From: a virus
Lineage: Duplodnaviria > Caudoviricetes
Length of the DNA stretch: 30,514 nucleotides
Strand: one strand, 5' to 3'
Virus record (IMG/VR): IMGVR_UViG_3300025635_000116
Location: 1 to 30,514 of that record
Position numbers and translations under genes: made by a program. Shown here piece after piece: positions 1 through 6,662 of this stretch; the stretch's first letter is position 1; each line of letters opens with the position of its first letter. The notes below the pieces were generated by a model. The model saw nothing but the letters and a program-made list of their open reading frames with translations, did no database searches and was not told where the DNA came from.

Positions 1-99
1 ACCCGGTAGCGTTGTTTTTACCCACCGTTTTCTGCTGCTGCTGTAAAACTCGTCGCCATTTCTTATCGTGGCAAGATAGTTGAGCGTTCTGTAGTTCAC
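1..99 (-). CDS. Small hypothetical phage protein, runs off window (MNYRTLNYLATIRNGDEFYSSSRKRWVKTT...)
   Basis: Manual translation; GTG start overlaps the upstream stop (GTGA); shares the YRxL-x5-IxxGDEF...WxKT motif with 96..266. Confidence 0.6.
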   Translation of the reverse strand, partial: MNYRTLNYLATIRNGDEFYSSSRKRWVKTTLPG

Positions 100-266
100 T
101 TGCTTCCTTTCTTCTTTTTGATGGGGCGGCGGTAAACGCCAGAGGTGTAAACTTTATTGCCGTCCCTGTTTGTTTTCTGCCACTTCGTCACGCCTAGCGA
201 ATTTGGAAACGAAAACTCGTCCCCAGCCTGTATTTTTTCGCCAGCCTCAAGCAATCGGTATTTCAC
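96..266 (-). CDS. Small hypothetical phage protein, 56 aa (MKYRLLEAGEKIQAGDEF...)
   Basis: Manual translation; GTGA overlaps at both ends; below the ORF-track length cutoff. Confidence 0.65.
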   Translation of the reverse strand: MKYRLLEAGEKIQAGDEFSFPNSLGVTKWQKTNRDGNKVYTSGVYRRPIKKKKGSK

Positions 267-1060
267 TTGCCCTCCTTTTCTTGCGGCTTTGAGGCGGCAA
301 ACTGCGGCTCAGTCTGCGGCTTAGGCTCCGAGAATTGTTCGTCAATCGTGGTGTCGCCGGACTTGATTGCCGTGTGTAGGCCAATCAGCGTTTCAAGGTC
401 TTCAAGTGAAATGTCCTCAACGGCCTTACGCTCCAATTTTGCGAGTAGCTTTTCCTTGCTCACTCCCATTTTGCTGAACGCATCTACGCACTTTGCGCGG
501 CGAGCGTTTAATGTAGTGGCATCGCCAACGGCAACCTTTTTTGCGGCCTCATAGACCGGGTTGACGAGTGCGCCGGGAATGACTTTGAAGGTGGCGTTAC
601 GAAGCGCAATCGCGCAAGCCGCGTTTCCAGTAACGACTTGCATATCCTCGCTGAATGCGTTGCCGTTCTTGTCGGTGATGCGTCGCTTGACCTCAACCGA
701 GACGCTGACGTTGTTTTGCAGGTCGTGACAGACGCCTTGCGCGGTGATTGTTTTTCCGTCGTTTGCAATGATTCGCGCACCGGCTCGCACATTTTGGTAG
801 CAGGACAGGGCAATCTCTGCCATGCGGACGGACGGACCTTGAATCTGTTTTACGCCGTCTCGTCCTTTGCGGGTGAGCGTATAGAAACAAGATGCCGCTG
901 TTTCTTCGTCCAATGTTGCAAACTCCATCATGTTCTTTTTGACCGTGGACAACGTGCGGGGAAACCGTTTGGCGGTTGTAATTTGCACGTCGGTTTGCGC
1001 CCGCTCCATTGATTCAAGGGCGGACGGCTGGATGATTTCGAGTTGTGCTGTGTCGTTCAT
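263..1060 (-). CDS. Conserved phage protein, putative ssDNA-annealing/recombination protein
   Basis: 265 aa; TAKRFPR...CFY...GPSVRMAE...RNA pattern recalled from phage recombination modules; low-complexity C-tail; function is inference. Confidence 0.5.
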   Translation of the reverse strand: MNDTAQLEIIQPSALESMERAQTDVQITTAKRFPRTLSTVKKNMMEFATLDEETAASCFYTLTRKGRDGVKQIQGPSVRMAEIALSCYQNVRAGARIIANDGKTITAQGVCHDLQNNVSVSVEVKRRITDKNGNAFSEDMQVVTGNAACAIALRNATFKVIPGALVNPVYEAAKKVAVGDATTLNARRAKCVDAFSKMGVSKEKLLAKLERKAVEDISLEDLETLIGLHTAIKSGDTTIDEQFSEPKPQTEPQFAASKPQEKEGK

Positions 1061-1072
1061 GGTGTGTGTGTT

Positions 1073-1333
1073 TTAGTCGCGGTTGTAAATTTCTTGCCGG
1101 GCCTTTTCAATCTCAATTGCCTTTGCGATGGGATTGCATTCAGAGTCGTGTTTCCTGCGCCACAAGATTACGTGAACCGCATTGCGTCCGTTCCATTCGG
1201 TTGATGCAGTGTGCCGAGAACCGCAAATGCAGTCAAAAACAGTGCGCCTTGCGCCACTTCGGACAATTGCCGTAGGGGTTGTGCGCCGCAGTGATGGAGC
1301 GTATGTGTTTCGCCAGTCTAAGAACGTTTTCAT
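1073..1333 (-). CDS. Hypothetical protein, 86 aa, possible CxC/His metal site
   Basis: ORF track; A/C-rich leader ACGACACAAA directly before ATG. Confidence 0.65.
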   Translation of the reverse strand: MKTFLDWRNTYAPSLRRTTPTAIVRSGARRTVFDCICGSRHTASTEWNGRNAVHVILWRRKHDSECNPIAKAIEIEKARQEIYNRD

Positions 1334-1393
1334 TTTGTGTCGTGTTAGTTTAAACCGCCTGCCGCGTCCGTTTGCCGGTCGCGGGGCGGCGAG

Positions 1394-1639
1394 TCAAGCG
1401 CGAGAAACGGTGAAACTAATATTGTTGCCGGTGGTTTCGTTTTGCCCGGTGGTGTAGCCAATAAACGCTGAATACTCAGCAACCGAAAGGTCGTGATTGT
1501 GTGATTGCTGGGTGCAGGTGCGGCTGTAGCCAGAGCGGCCATATTTGCGCCTCGCAGCGCGGTTTGCAAAAACCTCAGCCGCCTCGTTAATGGTTTCGGC
1601 TTTGACGCTATTGAATCCGTTGCAGGTGTATTTGTTCAT
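1394..1639 (-). CDS. Hypothetical early protein (MNKYTCNGFN...)
   Basis: ORF track frame; ATG at 1639 is preceded by the same ACGACACAAA leader. Confidence 0.7.
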   Translation of the reverse strand: MNKYTCNGFNSVKAETINEAAEVFANRAARRKYGRSGYSRTCTQQSHNHDLSVAEYSAFIGYTTGQNETTGNNISFTVSRA

Positions 1640-1686
1640 TTTGTGTCGTTTTGTTTGCGTCAACCGTTCATTCAGTTGACGTGGAC

Positions 1687-1720
1687 AGAATAGCCAGCCG
1701 CCCCGAGTTGAAAAGCAAAA
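1687..1720 (-). promoter_or_regulatory. Putative sigma70-type promoter (-10 TATTCT)
   Basis: Intergenic TTGCTTTTCA...TATTCT upstream of 1639; hairpin CGTCAAC/GTTGACG in the leader. Confidence 0.4.
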
Positions 1721-1749
1721 AAGCGGTCACTTTGCAGATTGCAGCGGTT

Positions 1750-1995
1750 CTAATCCTGCGTCTGACTTGGATAAAGTTTTCTTACCAAAAGCCGAGCGTT
1801 AGCGAAGCTGGTTTCAATTGACTCTCCGTTTTCAACTTCGTAGCGGTTGCCATTTGCGTCCGTAAAAATATCTCCGTAGCAAATTTTGTGGCGTGAAAAA
1901 ACCTCCACCTCAAACAGTTCATCAACTCGGCACACGGTGATGTTTCGCTTGCCACTTTTCCAGACAGTCGGCCCGGTTGGAATCACGTCAGGCAT
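1750..1995 (-). CDS. Hypothetical protein, 81 aa
   Basis: ORF track; packs with its neighbours. Confidence 0.55.
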   Translation of the reverse strand: MPDVIPTGPTVWKSGKRNITVCRVDELFEVEVFSRHKICYGDIFTDANGNRYEVENGESIETSFANARLLVRKLYPSQTQD

Positions 1996-2144
1996 TGCAG
2001 AATTGGTTTAATGGTTTTGTGAGTTAGCCCTCGCGCAAAGTCGGACACTGAGCCAAGGCCGGGTTTCCAGCCTCGCGCAAGTGCTTTTTCAATTTTGCGG
2101 ACGGTTGACCGCGATGCGCGGGACTGGCGGGTTTCGTATTTCAT
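1983..2144 (-). CDS. Small basic hypothetical protein, 53 aa (MKYETRQSRASR...)
   Basis: Manual translation; ATG 2 nt after the stop of the SSB-like gene; fills the gap. Confidence 0.5.
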   Translation of the reverse strand: MKYETRQSRASRSTVRKIEKALARGWKPGLGSVSDFARGLTHKTIKPILQCLT

Positions 2145-2146
2145 GG

Positions 2147-2446
2147 TTAAAACGGAACCTGATTGGCGTCGTCGTCATTTGCGGCGCGGTGCTGCGGCTT
2201 TGCAGACGGCTTGCCTTTGCTTACAAGATACCTGCCGTTGCCGAGGATGGGCATTTCAACCTTGGCCTCGCGCTCCTCTTTGGAAATGGATTGCTTGACC
2301 ATGAAGTCTCCGTATTGACCGTCCGGCGTTTCGACAAGCACCAAGTCCGCAAACACTGCGCGGTTGCCGTTCTTGCGGGTCATTTCTTTAAACCGCTTCT
2401 TGTCCAGAAGGGTTACGTCAATGCTGATTGCTATGTTGTTGCTCAT
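2147..2446 (-). CDS. Single-stranded DNA-binding-like protein
   Basis: 99 aa, beta-rich, with acidic C-terminal tip DDDANQVPF typical of SSBs. Confidence 0.65.
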   Translation of the reverse strand: MSNNIAISIDVTLLDKKRFKEMTRKNGNRAVFADLVLVETPDGQYGDFMVKQSISKEEREAKVEMPILGNGRYLVSKGKPSAKPQHRAANDDDANQVPF

Positions 2447-2628
2447 TTTCTTTGTGCTGGTTTGTTTTTACCGAGAAAGTTAATTGCCCGCCATTGGTCC
2501 TGCCCAAATACGTCCGACAGCTTGGCGCAGTTGTCGCTAATGATTGCCGCGCCTTGTAAAGCATCCATCGCTTCGCGCTCGCTGATTTTTAGGTCGCGGC
2601 AAAAAACCTCAAGGTTTGTCAGGGGCAT
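2443..2628 (-). CDS. Hypothetical protein, 61 aa
   Basis: ORF track; ATGA overlap with the SSB-like gene. Confidence 0.65.
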   Translation of the reverse strand: MPLTNLEVFCRDLKISEREAMDALQGAAIISDNCAKLSDVFGQDQWRAINFLGKNKPAQRK

Positions 2629-2636
2629 AGATTACA

Positions 2637-2734
2637 TGAGCGCGGGCAGAATCAAACTGCCGCTTGCCGTTTGGTTGCCTACTCCGCAGGTCATGCGTCT
2701 CGGACTTGCCGTGCTACCATTACACCACGCGCCC
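2637..2734 (-). ncRNA. tRNA-like RNA with non-canonical, expanded anticodon region
   Basis: GGGCGCG/CGCGCTC acceptor; TG; D-arm GTGT-AATGGTA-GCAC; T-arm GGCAG-TTTGATT-CTGCC; discriminator A; ~48 nt in place of the anticodon/variable arms. Confidence 0.7.
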
Positions 2735-2742
2735 ATAAAGTG

Positions 2743-2843
2743 TTCACCGGAGCCAGTGCGTATCTCTGGCTTGCGCTGACCTGCAACGTGACGCTCACAG
2801 CTTGCAGACATATAGCCCGTCCGCGCCGGGCTTATCCGGTGAA
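2743..2843 (-). ncRNA. Cloverleaf-shaped structured RNA
   Basis: Closing stem TTCACCGG/CCGGTGAA enclosing three perfect hairpins: AGCCCG/CGGGCT, CTGCAA/TTGCAG, AGCCAG/CTGGCT. Confidence 0.6.
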
Positions 2844-2992
2844 AGTTCGCCGATGCTGCAATTTTGAACCGTCGGCCCGATTCTTCATAACGCACTAGCA
2901 GCTTTGCTTTTCCCGGCCCTTGCGGCTTTTGCTTCCGTTTGACGTTATCTAGCAGCGAGGCATTAGACAGCGCAGGCACGGGGAAATTTGAA

Positions 2993-3102
2993 TTGATGGC
3001 CACAGGTGAGCGTTGCCTGTGGAGCCTTTGAGTGTTCGCTGTTTGCAATTCACCCGGGAGCGAAGTGACTGTGCCCGCCGACTGCCAAGCTACTTCCATC
3101 AA
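2993..3102 (-). ncRNA. tRNA/tmRNA-like-topology structured RNA
   Basis: Closing stem TTGATGG/CCATCAA directly adjoining hairpin CCACAGG/CCTGTGG; internal stems AGCTT/AGGCT and TTCGCT/AGCGAA. Confidence 0.55.
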
Positions 3103-3227
3103 ATTGTCAAAGTCTGCCAACTTGCCGCACCATACACATTTACCGGGCCGCTTCTTTAGGTAGCCGCAGTGGCAGCATTTGAACCGAGAAGATTTGGGAA
3201 TCATGCGTCGTCCCTTTCCATGTCAGC

Positions 3228-3464
3228 CTAGTAATCCTCGCGGCTTTCTTTGTCGGTTTGCTTCCGCCCTGAGCCGTTGCAAAAACGGCATTGATGATGA
3301 CCGCGCTCAGAGCAAGTCTCACACATTCCTGCCCCGTCACAATCACTGCAAGTCACCACGCCCTCTCCGTCGCACGCTTCGCACTCGGGCGGCTCATTCC
3401 AAGGCGCACGCGGGTCGTGTTCTGCGCCCGCTGGGTAGTCCCACCCAAAGACGTTGCGGCTCAT
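3228..3464 (-). CDS. DnaJ-type zinc-finger (CxxCxGxG repeat) small protein
   Basis: CEACDGEG, CSDCDGAG, CETCSERG, CRFCNGSG repeats. Confidence 0.75.
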   Translation of the reverse strand: MSRNVFGWDYPAGAEHDPRAPWNEPPECEACDGEGVVTCSDCDGAGMCETCSERGHHQCRFCNGSGRKQTDKESREDY

Positions 3465-3598
3465 TGCTTGTCCTCCGGCCAGTCCTCATTCGTCGGCAAC
3501 GGCCCTTGAATCCTGTCACGCGCAATCCAAAGCAGGGACGCAATCACGCCCGTGAAGGACGCGCCTACAATGATGCCGATGATTAGGTCAGTGTTCAT
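3461..3598 (-). CDS. Small single-pass membrane protein, 45 aa (MNTDLIIGIIVGASFTGVIASLLWIARD...)
   Basis: Manual translation; hydrophobic N-terminal helix; ATGA overlap with the next gene. Confidence 0.6.
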   Translation of the reverse strand: MNTDLIIGIIVGASFTGVIASLLWIARDRIQGPLPTNEDWPEDKQ

Positions 3599-3599
3599 G

Positions 3600-3677
3600 C
3601 TAGTCTCCGTAGTGATGGTGTCGGTAGGTCAGTGCGGTCAGCACAACCAAAATGATTGCAATCGTCAGCGGGTTCAT
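3600..3677 (-). CDS. Membrane micropeptide, 25 aa (MNPLTIAIILVVLTALTYRHHHYGD)
   Basis: Manual translation; ACGACACAAGA leader as in other genes; stop 1 nt before the next ATG. Confidence 0.5.
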   Translation of the reverse strand: MNPLTIAIILVVLTALTYRHHHYGD

Positions 3678-3763
3678 TCTTGTGTCGTTACTAGGTTAGC
3701 CCAAAAGCCCTTCGTTCGCCGGTAGTAAAGCCCGCGCCGTTGAAGGTATCCAAGTGCCTTAAA

Positions 3764-3910
3764 TTTCCTCCCGGCTTTGTTCCATCCCATACTACTAGGT
3801 GGGGCCGTTTTTGGCCCGCCGGGAGTCGTCCCATCCTCACCCCTTGACGCACACGCGCCGGGCGAATCTACGTTACCCTCGCGGGCAATGGTGGTAGATT
3901 GGGAGGGAAA
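3764..3910 (-). ncRNA. Multi-hairpin structured RNA
   Basis: Complementary ends TTTCCCTCCC/GGGAGGAAA; AATCTAC/GTAGATT enclosing TTGCCC-GCGA-GGGTAA (GNRA loop); CTCCCGGC/GCCGGGAG; GGGCC/GGCCC. Confidence 0.5.
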
Positions 3911-3912
3911 AA

Positions 3913-4060
3913 TGGTTGGCAACGTAGTTTCGCTACGATTTCCGTGAGGCGTGCTTTCACAATGTCCGGCCATTGCGCAGAGAGATTTCGCGTGCGCTCC
4001 TCCGGTTACGCCAAAGGCTGTGCCGGGTCTGTTCTCTGGAAGTGCTTGCACCATTGCCAA
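3913..4060 (-). ncRNA. tRNA-like RNA with large insertion and encoded 3'-ACCA
   Basis: TTGGCAA/TTGCCAA closing stem; TG-GTGC-AA-GCAC; T-like arm CGTAG-CGAAA-CTACG abutting the acceptor; ends ...GCCA-ACCA followed by a U-run. Confidence 0.55.
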
Positions 4061-4100
4061 TAAATGTTTTAACGTGTCAGTGCTTTTCCAGCCAAAATAA

Positions 4101-4268
4101 TCAGGTTGCCGAAATAAAATTAAACCTTGCCTCCGCGCTTTCTAAGTTCTTTTTTGCAAGCGCAATCATGTGAGCTTCGGCATTGCTATTAAGAAGGTTC
4201 TTAAGCGTGCGCTTTGCAATTGATACGCTTTTGGAGGCTGCAATCATTTTCTGCTCTTTCGTTTTCAT
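4101..4268 (-). CDS. Small basic helical protein, 55 aa (MKTKEQKMIAASK...)
   Basis: Manual translation; promoter-like element directly upstream. Confidence 0.6.
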   Translation of the reverse strand: MKTKEQKMIAASKSVSIAKRTLKNLLNSNAEAHMIALAKKNLESAEARFNFISAT

Positions 4269-4274
4269 GCCCCC

Positions 4275-4309
4275 ACCTTACGCGCATTCCAGCCCGAGTA
4301 AATAGCAAA
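4275..4309 (-). promoter_or_regulatory. Putative promoter TTTACT-N16-TAAGGT, leaderless transcript
   Basis: Same architecture as 26214..26248. Confidence 0.55.
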
Positions 4310-4341
4310 GTCGCGTTTCGTGAAGATTAAAGCAGGGCTAA

Positions 4342-4548
4342 TCATGCGAGGTTTTTGGTTAAGACTGGCTGATACTGCTTTGCGTCATGCTTCGCGCACT
4401 TGTCGCACCGGAAATGCCCGTCAGTCGTGAGCCGCATTTGCAAGGTGTCAAATTCATCGTGGCAATCATCGCATTCGTTCAACACGCTTTCCCGGTCAAT
4501 CCCAATTAGCGGGACGGAAAACCCGTGAAACGAAACGTGCGCGTTCAT
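4342..4548 (-). CDS. Small zinc-ribbon protein (CDDC...CDKC)
   Basis: Two CxxC pairs; ATGA overlap. Confidence 0.65.
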   Translation of the reverse strand: MNAHVSFHGFSVPLIGIDRESVLNECDDCHDEFDTLQMRLTTDGHFRCDKCAKHDAKQYQPVLTKNLA

Positions 4549-4736
4549 TTGTGTTCCTCGTCAAATTTGGCGTTGTAGGTTTTGGCAAGGCTGCGGATAT
4601 GCTCGGCCACATTGCGAAGGAAAGCGTCTCTGGCTTGCCCGTTGCGCTTGAATTCAATCGTGAACGTCTCGGCCATTCTCTCGGTTTCTCCGCGCTCTGC
4701 CTCGGCGTGACTGGTAAGTTGGACTGTAATTTTCAT
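4545..4736 (-). CDS. Hypothetical protein (MKITVQLT...)
   Basis: ORF track frame; internal ATG at 4736 chosen as start. Confidence 0.6.
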   Translation of the reverse strand: MKITVQLTSHAEAERGETERMAETFTIEFKRNGQARDAFLRNVAEHIRSLAKTYNAKFDEEHK

Positions 4737-4799
4737 TTTAAGGGGCGGCAAGATTGCCCCGCACAACGCGGCTGGCAAGGCTGAATTGTGTTCCAAAAA

Positions 4800-5042
4800 T
4801 TATCGCTTGACCTCCGCGAAGTAATTCACGTTGCGGAGGCGCAAGTTCACCAGACGGCGCAAGGTGATTTTCTTGAGCAACCCAGCGGCAACTCCTTTGG
4901 CGCAAACCTCCTCAGCAGTGCGGCGAGCTTTGTTCCATTCAACGGCCCATTCCGCAGAGGTTTTGAATCCTGCCGGAATGTCATCTTGTCGTTTCGTGCC
5001 GCTAGCCTTAAGGATGGCGGCAAGAAGTTCGTTTGGTTTCAT
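4800..5042 (-). CDS. Small basic protein, possible winged-HTH DNA binder
   Basis: ATGA overlap with the phosphoesterase stop; helical then beta-hairpin basic pattern. Confidence 0.6.
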   Translation of the reverse strand: MKPNELLAAILKASGTKRQDDIPAGFKTSAEWAVEWNKARRTAEEVCAKGVAAGLLKKITLRRLVNLRLRNVNYFAEVKR

Positions 5043-5782
5043 GCTGGCAAAATCCATTCCGCTTGATTCGCTGGCTGCTCATGCAACCAAAGCACGCTTC
5101 GCCCGCCCGTTTTCCCCTCGTTGTAAAAGCCCCAAACGAATCCGTGACTCCAAGCTAGTGTTGACTTGTTGGCCTTTGCGTATTCCATCGCGGGCATATT
5201 TGACAACGTGCCAACACAGTAGCCGGTTGGTGAATCGCTGCGCCTCCCCTTGGCTACGGCTGCGCGGTGCGTGTGCGCGTGGACAACGTTTCCAAAAGCC
5301 TCGGCATGGTCCCGCGTGGCGTTCTCGCTGTAAAACGTCCCGTGCATATACCGGAATCCTCCAATCGCGCGCCCTTGGTAAATGCCACCCCACTCCACAA
5401 GCTCGGCTTTCAGCTTGTGGCAGCACTTTGCCATTTGCTGAATTACCTCTTGAGCGCAATGCGCAACGATAGCGGACGGCGAAGCAGCAAGACGCCAAAG
5501 CCTGTCTTCGTGATTGCCGCAAAGCACAAGCGACGGGCGAAGTTTTTCGAGAAAGTCTAAACCGCCGTCAACGTCCGGTTGGATTGGCGAGCTTTCGTCA
5601 TTGCTGCCCTTTGCGCCGGAACGAAACGCAGCGGTGTCGCAGAAGTCCCCAAGATGGACACAAGTATCAGGCTTGAACGTTTCGCGGAATTTAATGACCG
5701 CCTCAAGTGCTTTCCTGTCAGCGTGGATGCCGTGCGAACAGCCGACGGCGAAGACTTTTTTCCAGCCTTTTTGGATGTTCAT
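5039..5782 (-). CDS. Calcineurin-like metallophosphoesterase
   Basis: Motifs GCSHG (D>C variant), LGDFCD, GNHE, MHG, AHTH. Confidence 0.85.
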   Translation of the reverse strand: MNIQKGWKKVFAVGCSHGIHADRKALEAVIKFRETFKPDTCVHLGDFCDTAAFRSGAKGSNDESSPIQPDVDGGLDFLEKLRPSLVLCGNHEDRLWRLAASPSAIVAHCAQEVIQQMAKCCHKLKAELVEWGGIYQGRAIGGFRYMHGTFYSENATRDHAEAFGNVVHAHTHRAAVAKGRRSDSPTGYCVGTLSNMPAMEYAKANKSTLAWSHGFVWGFYNEGKTGGRSVLWLHEQPANQAEWILPA

Positions 5783-5786
5783 TTGG

Positions 5787-6083
5787 TCAGTCTTTCCATT
5801 TGCCTAACGTTCGCAGAAAGGCTTCGGCGCGTTGGGCGGCGGTAGCGTGGCAGACTACAAACCGCCGCGTTCCTCCAGCAAGCTCTGCCATCCATTGTGT
5901 ATAACGATCCCAATGTTTTGCGGGCAGCACCCTCTCCGCCTCGTGCATGGCGTTAAGGTCGGTGGTGTAGGATGGAACCATCTGTGTTTTCAAACTCCCG
6001 GGCGGCAAATAATCCGGCCCGTCCGGCATTGCGACCCATCCACACGCCTCCGCAATCGCAATGTTTATCTCGTTGTCGTTCAT
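5787..6083 (-). CDS. Phage ABA-sandwich-like domain protein
   Basis: NIAIAEACGW...PSYTTDLNAMHEAE pattern typical of this family. Confidence 0.6.
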   Translation of the reverse strand: MNDNEINIAIAEACGWVAMPDGPDYLPPGSLKTQMVPSYTTDLNAMHEAERVLPAKHWDRYTQWMAELAGGTRRFVVCHATAAQRAEAFLRTLGKWKD

Positions 6084-6158
6084 TTACGTGGCCTATACAG
6101 CTTTGCGGCGGCTCTGTAAAGCTATTTCGCGGCGGGAGGAATTGGCAGCGTCACCCGG

Positions 6159-6662
6159 TCAGATGAAATGCTCGTGCAACTGCACACCAAGGCCAGCAGC
6201 GTTAAGCAGGTCAGTAGTTTGATAGTTTGCATAGTCAAGCTGGGGTTCAACAAACACCGGGAACCAGTCCGTGCCGTTCTTTGTTACCGCCACAATAGCG
6301 CATCTGTGCCAGCCATCGGACACGCGGTTAAGCGGCTCGCCCGTGATTCTGACAGTTGCGTCAAGCACACCGGGCGCAACGTCTTCGTCAACGTAACGCT
6401 TGCGCGTGGACAGTGTAATCTCAGCGAGAAACCGCTTGGTAATTTCATCGCAGATTCCCCGGCGTGCATTGTTCGCCATCGGACGGGCAGGGATGGCATT
6501 GTTGAGTTCGCGTTTAACTTCGCACCAAACAGGCCAGAAATCCTCTTGCAGCCAGTTGGCGTCAAAGACGTGAACGTAAGGTGCGGGCGCAATATCTTGA
6601 GCTTTTGCGTCGGGAAATATCTGCGCGACGCGCATTTGAAACTCAAGGAATGGAATTTTCAT
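6159..6662 (-). CDS. Putative papain/transglutaminase-like cysteine hydrolase
   Basis: ICDE...WH...FVEPQ spacing suggests a Cys-His-Glu triad; last gene of the lysis-like cassette. Confidence 0.45.
   Translation of the reverse strand: MKIPFLEFQMRVAQIFPDAKAQDIAPAPYVHVFDANWLQEDFWPVWCEVKRELNNAIPARPMANNARRGICDEITKRFLAEITLSTRKRYVDEDVAPGVLDATVRITGEPLNRVSDGWHRCAIVAVTKNGTDWFPVFVEPQLDYANYQTTDLLNAAGLGVQLHEHFI

Noticed and set aside
1355-1390. GC-rich intergenic hairpin as a terminator
   Set aside because: Bulged stem with only a short T tract; could be a processing or stability hairpin but unsupported
2637-2734. Calling this a functional tRNA
   Set aside because: No assignable anticodon stem-loop, and the T-loop deviates from consensus
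2848-2986. Further hairpins (2909-2986 imperfect stem; GCCGA/TCGGC with GGTTCAAA)
   Set aside because: Pairing is imperfect and boundaries are unclear; not called as features, though they may belong to the array
3674-4060. 128 aa minus-strand ORF
   Set aside because: TTG start, unprotein-like composition, and it coincides with the structured RNA units; probably spurious
6092-6120. Possible promoter TTTACA-N17-TATAGG (and TTGCCA-N16-CAATCT at 4751-4778)
   Set aside because: Weak matches that cannot be separated from chance without TSS data
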